The notes: generated by a model not told the origin, from the letters alone. A DNA stretch of 64,000 nucleotides from Sphagnum compactum (GCA_965153455.1 OZ234493.1:12886213-12950212), one strand, 5' to 3'; shown: positions 22,001-36,387, counted from the stretch's first letter. Program-made: numbers and translations.

Positions 22001-24184
22001 CTGCTATTTGTGCAGCTTAAGACATTCTGTGAGGCTTTACAAGGGATGCATTCAGCTATCGACCTGCTCTGTTGGCTTCAGAGCTGCAAGGATGGTGGGT
22101 CCCCCACTGCACACATTTTGCAAGTGGCAATGGCATTAGGAGACAGAAGTCCAGCTCTTGATACCCTTGAAGACATTGAGACTTGCATTGACCGAAGTGG
22201 CAAGGTCCCAAGATTGCGCACTCCTAAACAGGTGTATGGCATTTCTTTCATGCCCTCCAACTACTGTAACACATGATACAGAGAGTTGCATGCTGTTTAT
22301 GAGTTATAACTTAAGGGAAACACAGGAAGCATTTTTTTGATAGATTGTTGAAGATCCAAGGACATAACAGTGAGACTCTTATTATATACTTCTCCTACAC
22401 TTGAACTCAACTAAGCTCTACACTGAGTTGAGATTGTAAGGCAATTGTTTCTTTGCTTATGTTAATGAACTTTCAGATTAGGAATTACTCTGAGATATAG
22501 TCATTTTGACATGTGATGAAAGAGAGAGCTAAACAGAAACATCACAACAATATGTTCACTATCTCCTTGAAATTGAAGTCATACCACACCTGACCAACAG
22601 TTTTCTGCCTTACATTTCAGGAAGATGAAGTCATGGATGAGGAAGATGAGGAAGAATCAACATTATTGGAGAAAGAAGCATTGCTGTTAAGTGGCCTCAT
22701 GGTATCCTTCAATAAGCACACCGAGGAATGGCAAACAGTAGTGGAGATACTTGCTCAAATGGATGTGTTGAGTTCTTTTGCAGCAGCTGCAAGAACTTCA
22801 TTGAATGCAGTGTGTAGGCCAGTCTTCATCCAGAATAAAGAGCAAGGCCATGGAGGCTCAGTTCTTGCTATCAAGGGCCTGTGGCATCCATTTGGTACTA
22901 GGGACAATGGAGGTGTAATCGTACCCAATGATGTGGAGCTTGGGACTGCTGGCCCAGACTTCTCTACTCTTCCCCGCACAATGCTTTTGACAGGACCAAA
23001 CATGGGGGGCAAGTCCACACTGCTGCGTGCAACATGCTTGGCTGTAATTATGGCTCAGGTTAGGTCCACTATTCTTTCAGACCATTGCGGATTCTGTTGC
23101 CATCACAGATTATACTAGCTGCCTTCTTGCGCAGGTCTAGAACAGGTGAAATTTTGTCTTCTATAACTGCGCATGTGGTCATGGTTGAATCACTTCCATG
23201 CAATCACTAAGTGGTCATAGAAGCCCGAACAAGTGGTTCTTACTTTCTCCCTATGATGAATTTCCAGCTGGGATGCTTTGTTCCAGGCGTGTCTTGTACG
23301 TTGTCTCCAGTGGACATTATCTTCACACGTCTTGGTGCCAGTGATCGCATCATGCAAGGACATAGTGAGTTCATTTTTGCTGTGACGGCCACCTTTACTG
23401 AAAGTAAAATGCATTTTCTGCAATGCATTCTCTAAACTCTGTTGGTGTTTTAGGGTGATGGTTCGTGTGCTTACTCTGTTATAATCTCACTGTTGGCAGG
23501 TACATTTATGGTTGAGTGCACAGAAGCAGCATCTGTGTTGCAAAATGCAACAAATAACTCACTTGTAGTTCTTGATGAGCTTGGTCGAGGAACATCAACA
23601 TTTGATGGGTTCGCCATTGCATATGCAGTAAGCTCTCCTGTTTGAAATTCCCGAAACTCTTAGCTCTCTGCTTATGAGTAGACTGGGAAGTTGCTAAGTT
23701 GTTCTTTGCCATTTTCCAGGTCCTTCGCCATGTTGTTGACACCTTGGACCCTCGACTCTTATTTGCCACTCATTATCATGCCCTCACTACTGAATTTTCA
23801 TCACATCCTTCAGTTGGCTTGCAACACATGACCTGTGCTATGGAGAGCAGCACAAGCAATCAGACACCTAATTCTGTGTCTGACCAAAAGCTAGTTTTCC
23901 TCTACAAGCTTGAGGAAGGTGTATGTAAGCAGAGCTATGGCCTTCAAGTTGCTACTCTAGCAGGCATACCACAATCTGTAGTACAGTCTGCAAAGCAGGC
24001 AAGCAGCAAAATGGAGACAAAAGTCTCTTCGATCTTTGATTATGTGTTACTCAAAGAAGGTCTACTACCTCTGCACAAGCGATGGATGATGGGCCTGAGT
24101 GGAGTGGCGAGTTATGACAATGAGGGAGATGCAGCTGATATGATTCTTTGTATTTGGGAAGAAATGCAGAGGTACTCAGTATAA
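16030..24184 (+). CDS. MSH7: DNA mismatch repair protein MSH7 (plant-specific MSH6 paralogue), 17 exons, ~1048 aa
   Basis: PIP-box-like [11 protein letters not shown]7-type [42 protein letters not shown]; Walker [41 protein letters not shown]. Exons: 16030-16256, 17177-17588, 17776-17871, 18004-18059, 18171-18234, 19647-19742, 20003-20152, 20330-20363, 20528-20575, 21067-21278, 21394-21523, 21642-21919, 22016-22231, 22621-23058, 23268-23364, 23500-23627, 23720-24184. Total 3147 nt with consistent phases. Confidence 0.93.
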
Positions 24185-25723
24185 GGTGTGCTGTTCTACA
24201 TGCCCTGTATTTAAAGATTAGTGTGGCACACTCTCATCCCTTTATTTCTCTGTGAAATGTCTCCCTTGGATTTATAGGTCCAAAGCAGGTCAAGTGATTG
24301 TAAGCCTCCTTTAGGTAAAGCTGAATTCTGTGGTACTTTCACCTGAAACATACTAGGAGAATACTGGAGTGAACCCTAGGTCTTTTGATGTGCATCACTC
24401 ATACTGAGGTTAATTCATGTGAGGGCCCTAAGCAAGGACTAAGCTGAGATTCTGTTGCATCAAAATGTGCCAGTTTGATTTGTTATTTCTGGAGATGCAT
24501 ATTTGTTGGATTCTGCAATGTAATAGTTTAACGCCAGAGGATCTCAACAAAAAACTTGTGGGAGTGTATATGGGAACACATCACCTGCTGTAGCCTGAAG
24601 CCTAACTCAACACTAATGAGTCCTATTCAAACAATGTGACAGTGCTCTGAGAAAGAACTAGAAAATCTTCCACTCTTTGTCCTCATATCTTGGTATTTTC
24701 CATTTTAGCTTCTGTTCCTCAAAAGCAGCAAACATTGTGAGGATTTTCAAGGGAACACCAGTAGTTGCTGAAGTTTTAGTAGATCTGACATGAGTTGTTT
24801 GTTTTGCAGGATGTGCAAAATAGGGGGAGGCCTTGTCAATGAAAGAACATTATCAAACTTAGCGTTGATAAGGCAAGCTTCATCCACCATAGTAGGGTCC
24901 AAGCCTTGGTCTACCCATGTGTGTTGTGGATGAAGCCTTTTAGAATTACTGTTCCCTACACACTGAGTTGACCTCATGCATGCAACCAGCCAGCCAGCCA
25001 ACAGAGAGGCAGAATTCAATTCACTCTGCTTCCCATACTTGCTGTTGCATTCTGTCACATCACTTGTCATTTTGGAGTCCTTAGTAACTTTGTCCACCAG
25101 TTGTTATGAACACTATATAACCTTGAGCTCCTGGAGTTTTTCAGCAAAAGCTTAACTCCTTGCTCTTGTAGAACAATGTACTGAGGCATTACTCAGTTTT
25201 TAGAATGTAACAGCCCAACATATTGTGAACACAAAGCTAATATGGTTTCATAGGTTGGTGAGAGACTGATGCTCAGTCATCATCTTAAAAGGACTGCACA
25301 ATCTCTGCTCTTGTGCCCACCCTGATCATTAGAATGCCCTGATTACACACCTTAAGTGGTGCGAATGATGAGCTTGAATTGAATGAATTTTGGTAGCACA
25401 GGCAGACATGAAATCTTTGGTGGAGGTTGTGCTTTTACATTGGTAGTCTGCCAACAATTGCAGATTATGCTGGGTTTGTTTATGCTGGTTGGTCAACCCA
25501 CTCCCATTCAGTAATGGAAACCCCATGTAGTAATATGTTTAGGGGATCTTAATTCAACAGCTTAGTTCTGATTTTGAAATTTTCGATACCTACAAATCAA
25601 TTATAATATAACTACTTTCACTATCAAAAGTTTTCAATTGTCTTCTTGATTGGATTGTCCTCATAAACTCATACTATATTTGAGAGGGCTAGGGTTTTGC
25701 ATCTGACTATAAATTTTGAATTA

Positions 25724-25895
25724 TGCAGCATAATAAACTAATATTTCTTGAAATTTTCGAAAAAATTAAAAATAATTTAATTAGTGCCGAAGCCATCTAA
25801 CTATAAGTTTTGAATCATCATGTAGCATAATAAACTAATATTTCTTGAAAATTTTGAAAATTTTAAAAATAATTGAATTTGTGCTGAAACCATCA
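25724..25895. repeat. Local direct duplication, ~97-bp period
   Basis: AGCATAATAAACTAATATTTCTTGAAA...AAAAATAATT..GTGC.GAA.CCATC occurs twice. Confidence 0.7.
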
Positions 25896-26727
25896 AGGTA
25901 GTAATATGGGAATAAAGCTAAGTGAAGTAGAATAAAAAGCTTGTTTTTATAAATAAAGATAAGAAGTAATGTTCATGGGACAAAGTGAAAGGAACATATA
26001 TTAGGATGTAAGAAAAAAACTTGATGCATAAGGTCATTTGGGTGAAATTAAGTAAGGTTTTGGCCAAACAAATGTTCAAAGGGAAACTAAGTTTTTGTAC
26101 CCCCTTGAAACACAACTCCTTTAAAAAAAAATAAAGAAAATGTCATGGATAATAAAGACATTCACAAAATGACCTTTGGGTGTTAGCCCATTATTCATCC
26201 CTTGTCCATTGTTTTGTGTTGTGTTACTATATTTAAAAAGTTTTGAGAACTTAAGAAGGTGAATAGTGAAATGATCGCATCCAAAGTATAAATTGACTAT
26301 AAAGTTTCGACTTTTAGGCTTCTAGAGTGTGCATGGGTGGGGGAGGGGTTGCATGTTTTTTTCCCCTTTTGTTTAGAGGGTTGTGGGTGGGTTCAAACCC
26401 TTTTTCTTTTTTTTTTGTTTTTGGAGGTTTAAGGAATGCTTGGATTTAAGGCAAGTATTTTAAATTTTTGGGTTGGGGTGGGGGTTCAATTTTTATTTTT
26501 AGAGTGTGGGGATTGGGGGAAATTTTTTATTGTTAGGTTTTGTGTGAGTGATATTATATAAATGGAAGGGCTTTTGTTCCTCTCCCTCCTTTTCCAATTT
26601 TGTTCCACTTGGGATTTTCAAGTCTTTCATTTTGTTTGGGAGTGTTAAATTTTTTTTGGGAACCCTATTTCACTTTTTTTTTTTGGGGAAGGCTCATTGT
26701 GCTTGATTCTTTTTCACTAGCAATCTA

Positions 26728-27836
26728 TGGAATTTTGTTTAGGTCTTAACTCGAACTCCTCAATTAACATCAATGAATTACTTGATGAAATTGAGGTAGA
26801 AATTGGACTGCAATGCAAATCACAATTGCCTATATCAAACATAAAAGTATTTCATGTTTGTGGAATTGGAAGAAAGAGGTGGGCAATTAGTTGATCTTGA
26901 GATATGTGTTGCAAAACATCTTAATGATCATGTGAATATTTCCAAGTTTGTTTAAAACCCTCACCAATTTCGATATGAAAAAGTTTGAAAAGCTAATGTA
27001 GTTTGTGGTCCTAACCATTATTAATCAAGTGTATAAAGAAGTCACACTAAATTCTTGAGCAATTATCCAAATTCTCCACATAACATTTGATTAATCATCC
27101 TATATAAAAAGTACCATAATGTTACTATGTATGACATTTTCTTTTGGAATTATAATAGAAATGCAAGAAATGATAATAATATTTTATTGCATCTTGCATC
27201 AATTCGTCCATTGTCGACAATAGATATTGACTACACATATTTCATTGTTCCAAGGATGGTTTGAATTTGTTAATGGAACTTTCATCAAAATCCACAAGCA
27301 TTAAAATAATCCCGCCCATAGGAGTTGGTTTAATGGGTAGAAACAAATGTATCACATGGATAACAATGGTGATGGACCACCCTAGGTTCATTTATTTGGA
27401 CCTCAGGTACATAAGATCATAGCATGACATTAACATTTTGTATTGGTCAAACATTTACAAGAATTATCATTAGTATTTTGTGCACATACATGAGCACTTG
27501 TTGGCTAGGTACATGGGTGAAGAAATGTTTGCGATGCATTGGCTTGGGAAATGGGAATTAATGCTTAGAGTTGATTTGTATGTAATTAAAGTGTACAAAA
27601 AAAATGCATGTAGCAAGATTAAAAGTTAAGGTGGAATGGGGAATTGGAAAATTTAAACGTAAATGGAAAAGGTTGATGAAAGATTTTGATTCTATAAAAG
27701 AAAAATACAATCATTTATTCATTATAATTGCACTATTGATTAACTTTTTACAGAAGTGTTGTTAAAATTTCATGTTTGAAATTATTAGCGAGCATTTGGA
27801 TGACCCAACAAAACATGGTTGGAATGATGATTATTA
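26728..27836 (+). pseudogene. Decayed PIF/Harbinger DDE transposase (DDE_Tnp_4-like)
   Basis: Fragmentary peptides FKTLTNF, FVNGTFIKI (decayed IDGT), VMDHPRFIYLDL..S*HDINIL and KVKVEWGIGKFKRKWKRLMKRF; many stops and frameshifts. Confidence 0.75.
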
Positions 27837-27903
27837 ATTACAAGTTTAATAACTTTTTTTGTCTTCTCTATGAATTCTACATTTGTAATCATTCGACATT
27901 TTT

Positions 27904-28640
27904 TTAAGTTGCCTTGAACTTGCCTATCTTAAAAGTATTTTTTTCTTTTTTTAGTTTAACATTTACCTTTTCCTTGAATAATAGAGCATCTTGATCAGGA
28001 ACCTTAGTCTTGAATTTGTTAGTGATAGTAGCAAGGCTTTTGGATAGTGATTGCAACATCTCATACTTGTTCATTGGCCTCTCCATAAGTGTATCTATAA
28101 ATGTTGGTGTAGATGTAACAACATATACTAATGATGGCCCACTTGTTTCATCAAACATAAAATTAAGGCTAGGAGAAGAATGAAATGAAAGATCTTTTGT
28201 ACCATTTATCAAAGTTACCACCTTTTGAATATATTTTGTGTTGCATGTCCATCTATTGTTTTAAGGCATGCCAAAACTTCATCATTTTGCAACATTTCCC
28301 TCTCTTCACCCTCTTCATTTGTCACGTTTATCTTCAACTCCTTCAAAATATCTCACAATCCATCTTTGAGCTTTCTTTTTGAAATGTTGAATTTGGGAAT
28401 TGTAGCTTGTAATCTTGGTACACGAATTTCTAAACCTAGCTAGGCATAAGTTGTGTTACATTTTTTTGTCCCAATTGTAGAACATAAAATGATGATGGTA
28501 AGAATTGGCAATGTAGCTAAGGTGCAAGGAATTCACAAATGCACCTTAAACCTCTCTTTTGATGAAAAAACCTTTGTGGGTCTTTGGTTGGTTAGGACTT
28601 TGAAATTGCTCTTTTGTGTCATGAAATTTAGTTCAACTTT
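27904..28640 (-). pseudogene. Probable second ORF remnant of the Harbinger element (DNA-binding/Myb-SANT-like partner), convergent with the transposase
   Basis: A 105-aa charged ORF ends tail-to-tail about 70 bp from the transposase stop, matching the two-gene layout of PIF/Harbinger elements. The domain itself is not directly recognisable. Confidence 0.4.
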
Positions 28641-28729
28641 TCACCCATACCTACAAGAAGAAAAATAAATTTAAAAATTAAAATTCCAAAGAAGTTGAAA
28701 AGTCTAAAAAAGGGTTCAATGAAGTTTTT

Positions 28730-29550
28730 AATTTCCAAGAATGACTAAAAATTCCAAAGAGTGAAAATTCTTATGATTATAAGGATTGAAAAATCTAGTG
28801 TTTAATTTAATGACTAACCCTAAACCCTAAACCCCATAAAACTCTAGTGAATGAAAAATCTAGTGTTGATAATTTTAGTGGATGAGTTTAATGAAAAGTT
28901 TAATGAGTTACAAATCCAATGAATTGCAAACCCAATAATTGAAAATCTAGTAAGTTACAAATCCAATGAGTGGAAAAAACAACAAATTACAAATTTAGTG
29001 ATTAAAATCCAATCCTTTACAAATCTAATGATTGAAAAATCTAGTGAATGAAGTTTGTACATGGTCATTTAAAAGTATATATAGGTCATTAGAGGAGTGG
29101 TAGGCTTATTAGAGGCCTATACAAGCTCTATGCAGGTCATTAGAGGTATGTACAAACATGTACTAAATCATTAAAGGCTTAAAAAGGAAGGTGTGAATCT
29201 ATTGGAGGGTTGTACATGGCCTATACAAGGCCTATACAAAGCATTTTAGGTTGTGAAAGGTTTGTACAAGCTTATATTAAGTCATTAAATGTTTATCACG
29301 GAAGGTGTAGGTTTGTTAAAAGCTTATGCAAGGCCTATTCAAGCCATTATAAATCATTAGAGGTCTAATAATGGGGGTGTAAGTTTGTTAAAAGCTTGTG
29401 TAAGGCCTATACAAATAATTAATGATCATTAATGGCCTATATGCGTCTATATTACGTCATTAGAGGTCTAATAAGGGGGGTGCGTGTTTGTTAAATGCTT
29501 GTATAGGGCTTATACAAATTAATAAAGGTTAATACGTTATTAGAGAAAGT
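28730..29550. repeat. Degenerate short-motif arrays (AAATCTAGTG; AGGCCTATACAAG/TCATTAGAGG), probably transposon subterminal repeats
   Basis: Recurrent motifs visible at 28790-29050 and 29080-29530. Confidence 0.5.
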
Positions 29551-32003
29551 GTGAAAGGGTGAGAAAAAGACTGAAAAGGTCTGCGAAGATATAGAAAAAG
29601 TGATAGAAACAAAGAGATAGCGAGGGAAGGTTAGAGAGAGATTGAAAAGGTTTAGAATGGTTAGGAGAGAGTGGCAAATTTTGTAGAAGACTCTAGGTAG
29701 AATTGAAAACAACTCAATTCAACAAAATTCAAAGCAACCCAATTGAAATCAAATACAAATTGAAATAAACTCAATTCAAATCTATACAAAATTTATGCAT
29801 GTTCAAAATTTTCAAAATGAATGTCATAAACACAACTTGGATCTACTATGGGATTTGTAAGCCACTACAAGTGGCATTAAAATAATCAAAATCTAAGTCA
29901 TAAAAAGTGTGGTAAACTATGTTAATGGGTTGGAAACACGTCTTCAAGCATTGAAATTCATATCCAAAGTGCAATTGAAGCAATCGCCTTGGGGTACAAC
30001 TAGTGGCAATTTGTTGGAGATAAAACTTATGGTCAATTTTCATTACCTCCAATGCATTCCAAGGAACACTCTTGCTTACAATCACAAATTACACTTTATT
30101 TACTTGATAAAAACATAATTTCCTTGAAGATGTTAATGGCAAACATGTGAAAATGTGTGCAACAACAATGGAATCTCAAAGAAGAAGCAACAAGCTACAC
30201 ATTTTTTCCAAACATTTTTTTTCAATTCTAGGTTAGGGTTTTGAGTATACATGGGTATATAGGATTTTGATGAAAGTTTTTTTTGTATAGGAAGGTATGA
30301 AAGAACTTTCTTGTATGATTGAGCTTTCTTTTAGCTAAAGTTTGCATGAACCCACAAACCTTGCAATAAAGAATGGAAAGAGATCACACAAAGGTGGAAA
30401 AAGATCACACACATAATATAAAGTTTGCCAAATGGTGAAAATTTTCAAATAGTCGTAGAAGATGTCCTCATATTGACACAAAGGTTTTGCTATTATGGCC
30501 ATGGCTTTAAAAGGCTTCCGCCTCACTTGCAAATACACATTGCACAAATCCACACTTAACCTATGCAACTTCTAACACCTTCAAGATGTTTGTCAAGGCT
30601 TACAAATCAACTTCTTTCAAGCATGTAGCTTCCTTCAAGTGGACAACCTTTTTCAAGCACACAACCTCTTTCAATGCTCACCGCAAATCGTAACCTCTTG
30701 GTGTTCATAAAAAAGCCTGATCTTTTTCCAATGGTTACAAAACTTGACCTCTCTTGACGTTAAAAAAAAAGCCCAATCTCCTTTAATGTTCACAAACCCT
30801 CTCCTTTTGATGCAACCTCTTTCTCATTCACAAAATTGTTTCTCAAACCCTCCCTTTCATAATTCATAGCTTAAAGGCTTTTGGATAAGATTGTTTTGTC
30901 CTCTTTTTGATAAAAAATATGTGAAAACATTCATTTTAATCATTCACAATAAAATCTTCATTTTATCATTTCAAACTCTAACAATAACATCATCAAAAAG
31001 GCAAGTTTTGAATATATTCATGAAGCATCTTCAACCCATGATGTAGAAGTCAATACTAGTTTCATTAAGGCAATACTACAAATTCGATCAACTCCATGCA
31101 TTTCCTTGAACATTAATGCACAAAATATTAACATTAACTTGCTCCTCTTCAACCTTGGTTACCAACTTGTGAACCTATCTAAGTGTTCATCTCCTTGCAT
31201 ATTTGACAAAATAACATCGATTTTCATGATCAAGTTGGTCTCTTAAATGATGGTAAGATGCAAATGCAAACCCACCAACATCTACCACTTCACATGTAAC
31301 CATGTCTTCAGATCAAAAATAAAATTAATGTTGAAAATAATTGATATGGTTATTTATATGACAATGTTTTTAATGTAGTATTGGAACATTTGGAATGATT
31401 TGAATTGAATCTATTTGATTATGAAATATTCAAAAAACACAAGTTATGTAACCAATGCATTTACTCATTAACCCTACCTTAAAAAGATTTGAAATTGATA
31501 TAATCATGAACAATCATTGAAATAAACCTTTGCAACTAGGGTTTTTTTTTTCCCAAATTCCTTAAGTAGGTCCATTAGTAAGGATCCTTAGCATTAATTG
31601 TGGGCTATAGGCTTTTTTTTGTTCATTTGACTCCAAAACTTTGGTTCAAACCGCACATGAACATCATGATCAAGTTGCCCTTCTATGGAGCTACCTTCTT
31701 ATCTCTCTCATAAACTCCTATGACCAAAAATTACATTCCCTATAAATGGCAGATTTCCTCATGAACAAGGTTAACAAAAATGAGAAGTTTGTCCAAGGCT
31801 GGGCTCGTTTAGAGATTGCTTACCACTTGGCATCATGAAAGCTCGAGTTCCCTTGAATAGTAGTGCCAACTTGCCTTTTGTTACTTCTTGCACATTGCCA
31901 TTGCCATCATGTTGCAAAACAACTCATACAAAGTTTCAAAGGCAGGAAATCTTTGCAAATGCCAAATTGGTTTTGACAATGCCCTTGGAACTTTGGAGTC
32001 TTC

Positions 32004-35000
32004 TTATGTTGGTAAGTTGAGTGTGAATGATACGTATGGATAGACAGCACTTTCGCCCCCAATTAGAGTCACCATAGCTAGATCCTCTTCCTCATCATTC
32101 CAAAACGTGCTGCACCATTTCCACCACCATTCATCAGGAATAATTTCTCTTCAAATAAGATGCCCTAATAAAATCATTTCGTTGTATGTCACAGAAACAA
32201 AATAACAACAAATGACTTTCCCAACATGTGGATATGTGAGGAACATCCAACAATCGTCCAAGAAATTAATCTATGAACAAAGATGAACAAAGATGTGCAC
32301 CCTTGAAGATTCCTACTACACAAAAACACACATCAACAATCTATACAATGCAATGTGTTACAATCCATTCCATTGCATGGTGAATTGCTCGAAGGCTTCA
32401 ATCTTTCAGTAGGAATTTCAAAACTCGATCTTGGGAGTGGGCGAATGTGATGAATTCGCACCTATTTGCTCTGCCTGAAAGCTGATCCAAAATTCGACGT
32501 ACTCTTTGTTCATCCTTACCTTTGGGTGCAAGTGCAGCAGCCTAGAGATCAATGGAGCTCAAATCATTAAACCATTTAAAAGGAAACAAAGCAAACCTTA
32601 CTCACAATAGATACAGAAAGTGGTCAGGAGTTTACTTCAGGGCACTGTATTTACTAGAAATGTTGGTGGCAATCCGTATCTTAGAATGCTCTCAGAAAAA
32701 AGCTGAATTGTGCAGATATGTATCCATGCACTAAAAACCTGCATGAAACAATCACATATCAATCACATCCCTTTCAATAAACTACCAAAATGGCTCCTTC
32801 CAATGACTTGCAAGTCAGAACCTAAGTTCATGACTCAGATGACTTGTATTTCTTGAGAGCCTAACTGTTGTGAATACTTTCAACACAATGGAAATCAAAA
32901 TTGAATTGTGCCTTCCATGTGTATCTGTATCAATTCATGCTTCTATGTCTCACCTGGGCTGACAAGCATAATTGGAATAGGTGACAGTGTGTGGAACGAG
33001 GATAAACTTATAATTGATCTTATAACCCCCTGGGTGACCTGGGTAACTAGATAACGCTACCTCAAGCTTCAGCTCAAAGTGGACAATCTGCTCAATTTCT
33101 CCCCCAAGAACTTAGATAACTGATTGACCCAGTGACCCCCATTGCACAAGCCCCAACACAAAGGTATTGGCTAGATGCTCAAGCATAAGTCTTTGATGTT
33201 GGACAAAACATTTGAAAGGGAATGAGTGACCTCTCCATAGCTGGCATAGCACCACTGTTGTAGAATTTTGTGCAAATGGTCTTTATCACATTGCAGACGC
33301 TCTAGCTCTTCTAGTTGTTGACCCATCGCTGTTGGATCAAACTCAAATTCCCGGACCTGGTTGTGATTGTTCACAAAAGCCAAATGCAATCACTGAGTGA
33401 GCGAGCTCAAGTGTATAAGTTGACAGAGCAAATTCTTACACAGGAAAGAGCAATCAAGGTTGAACATTCATGAAAATCAGAATTTAATTTGACTGCAACA
33501 ATTTACGGAAGAAGTTAAAATCTGATGTGTTTTGAACTGGCAAAGATAAAGATGACCTATGCACAAGTTTCAATACAGCAACAAAGCAAGAGAATGCACA
33601 GCACATATCACCAACACAACAGAATGCAAAGCAAATTTCACCAATACATACTTGAAATTCACCTTAGGGGTACTACAGGTGAAAGACATAATGCTCTTTG
33701 TCAACCATCAAGATCACGAATTTTCCAGCATATATTTGGTAAGGGTAGGGTAGAAGGAAAGGGGCAAACCTGGAATCCTTCATTGTGGGCAGCAGCCTTA
33801 AAGATCTCAGTCACGTTTCGAAAGAGGGTGACATTGTATAGTGCATAATCATTTTCCTCATGCAGCTTCCTTGAAGACTTTGGGACCTTCCAATGCAGCA
33901 ATAACACCAAGGCTGGGTTATGTGATACAATCTGTATGTGACAAATTCATACTCCATAAACTTGCCAGCAGGCACAACCAAACTGTGACTTAAACGTCTT
34001 CAGAGCATAGCTGGACATGCTTCCAACAATCATGCACAAATCTTCCCTGTGGCATTAGTTCTTTAAGGCTTTGGACTCCTTGGGTTACCCCATGTGCACT
34101 GACTGGTAATCATCCAGTGATCTTAATCTCATGTCTGATGGGGTTAGCAGCAACAACAACAGTAATAACAGAGCTCCTGCTGCATAACAATAGCAACCAC
34201 ACTTACCACAAATGTTGAAAGTCTCTCGTATTTTGCCATCCAGTCCTTCTGCTGAAACTTGGATACTACAACCAGCAGTGTTGTCAGATGCTCCGAGCTC
34301 ACAATGTCCTCAGCTTGCACCAGGGATGACAGATTCCGCACCAACAGACTGTTCCTTCTCCCAACAAGGTTCAGCCTCCTCCCCAACTTCTCTGAAAACT
34401 CTGAAAGCTCTGAGAGAGAGAGAGCTCATGAATTACTCATTACAGAAAACTGAGAATGTAGTAACAGATTTCTTGATGCAAGTGGGTGTTTTTTATACAC
34501 CTGCCAGTTTGCTGTCGGAGAATATTGCTCAAGTGATTTTTAGCATTATTATATTCTGCTACTCTGACCTGCAGAGTACCAACCTCATGAACTTTAGTGT
34601 TTTGTGAAGAAGAAGCTGCTGCCATAGGAGGAGGAGGATCTCACTTCCGCTACTGGGTTGCAATTCTGAGCGAGTATGATGGATAAGACTTTTTCAAAAT
34701 CGGCGCAAGGGATGGTAACAAAACCTTGAGATCAATGTCAAGCTTGGCCACGGATTCCTGAATGGTATTGACAATTTCTCTTATTGGTGCCATCACAGGG
34801 TACTTTGCTTCATCCCAGCTAAACCTGCACATCCAGATGAGAGAAAACTAGGTCTTGAAGCTAGAGATTGCTACAAAGAATAGTATTGTATGTAAGAGAC
34901 AAACTGTGCAAAACAAGAATCAGTTCCTGACTGGAACACAAAAATCAATCATGACTCTGTGTACTGCAGAAGATCTTCAAGTTTCTTATATAAACCCTCT

Positions 35001-35930
35001 GAGTTCATCAACCAGCATTGCAGCTGTGTATACTCCACTGCACACAATGGAGCCGTAAGCAAGAAGAAGAGCTTGGAAGAAGATCTCAAGCCTAAATGGA
35101 ACAATAATTGCAAGAAGAAGAGTTTGGAAGAAGAGCTCAAAAGCCTGGATGGAACAATATACAAGAAGAAGAGCTTGCAGCTAACCTGGTGAAATAGATC
35201 TCAACCGGAACTCCATTGACACAGAGAGACAAGGATTGCGATCCTGTGAAACGTTCAATCTCTTCGATCTCCCTTCTGATTTTGCATGTTACTCCTTCCA
35301 CAAATGCATTTGTCTGCACCTCTTGCAAAAGCTCATCAGCCATTATTGTTGTCTAACCACTGCTGCTCTCAAGAGCAAGCCCGAAATCAGTCACGTCAAT
35401 GCAATTATCACAGAGCGAGCTTGCATGCATGTGGAATCTCTGATGAGTTAGCCAGCAGCAGCTTGACTGCAAGAGTTTTGTGGAAGCTTTAGCAAGGATC
35501 AAAACTGCGAAATGTACGTATCGTACCTTCGTCAAATCGTCGCTGATTGATAGCAGAGAGTCCAATGTTCCTACGCGCAGATCAGGCATTTGGAACTGTT
35601 GTGATATCCAGCCACGGGGAAGAAGACAAAAAGTCTCGTCAGTCCACAACACATCGTATCCGCGAAAGATTACGCAAGAAGCAACCGCCGAGCAAAACCA
35701 ACGAAACAAGAGAAAGAAGAAATGGAAACAAAATCAGGCACCGAAATGAAATTATTGTTGCAATGAAGCTTCTTGCACTCTTCTTACTGACATCTGATGC
35801 AACGCACTTTGTAAATGGGGATATCGAAGGCGATATTCGAGACGCTCTGGTAAAGATTGCTCCATGTTGCGTTCGCCGATTGTCCATTCAACAAAGGCAA
35901 TGATACCAGGATATACTTCAAAGCTGCCAT
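32004..35930 (-). CDS. VHA-C: V-type proton ATPase subunit C, 11 exons, ~380 aa
   Basis: Motifs PDLRVGTLDSLLSISDDL, FSWDEAKYP, SEHLTTLLVVV, VPKSS, YALYNVTLF, FSESILRYGLPP and YPYVSFTL. Exons (minus): 35930-35808, 35595-35527, 35313-35186, 34824-34725, 34568-34501, 34348-34207, 33886-33770, 33356-33231, 32738-32655, 32541-32462, 32109-32004. Total 1143 nt. Confidence 0.95.
35059..35180. repeat. ~51-bp tandem repeat (~2.4 copies) in VHA-C intron 3
   Basis: CAAGAAGAAGAG(C/T)TTG recurs at ~35060, ~35111 and ~35162. Confidence 0.7.
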
Positions 35931-36387
35931 TGCACGCTGTCTCTGTCTCTGTCTCTGTCTCCTTCGAATTCTTCCTCAAAATCCCACTCTTGCTCACACG
36001 CAACTTCAGATTTGTTTCCTGCGCGAAGAAAAGGAACAACTTCGAATTTTCTTCAGCTTCGTTCCAAACACATTATTCAGATCTTTTCTTGCGCGAAGAA
36101 AAAGGAAGAAGATCGAATTTTCTTCGGCCACTCTTCGTTCCAAGCACATTATTGTGATCTTTTTCTTCAGACTCGTTCAGTGCTTCCTCTCAGATCATAT
36201 CTCTTGTGAAGCTTTTGCTTTCTTGTAGAGTCTGCTAACTGGCCGTTGATACCGTTAGGCTCTTCCCTTCTCATCTTGGCGCTCATCGTCACCATTGGCC
36301 CTTGTGCCACAAATCGTCCAAACAACAAGAAGCTCTGGAAATCTCACAAAGCCTCCTCCTCCTCCTCCTCAACAATAATAAGGGCCT

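Noticed and set aside
16030-24184. Calling this gene MSH6
   Set aside because: No Tudor-like N-terminal region, and the [20 protein letters not shown] motifs and short clamp region fit MSH7.
24747-25526. Short minus-strand ORFs downstream of MSH7
   Set aside because: No recognisable motifs or consistent exon chain; possibly a decayed gene but unsupported.
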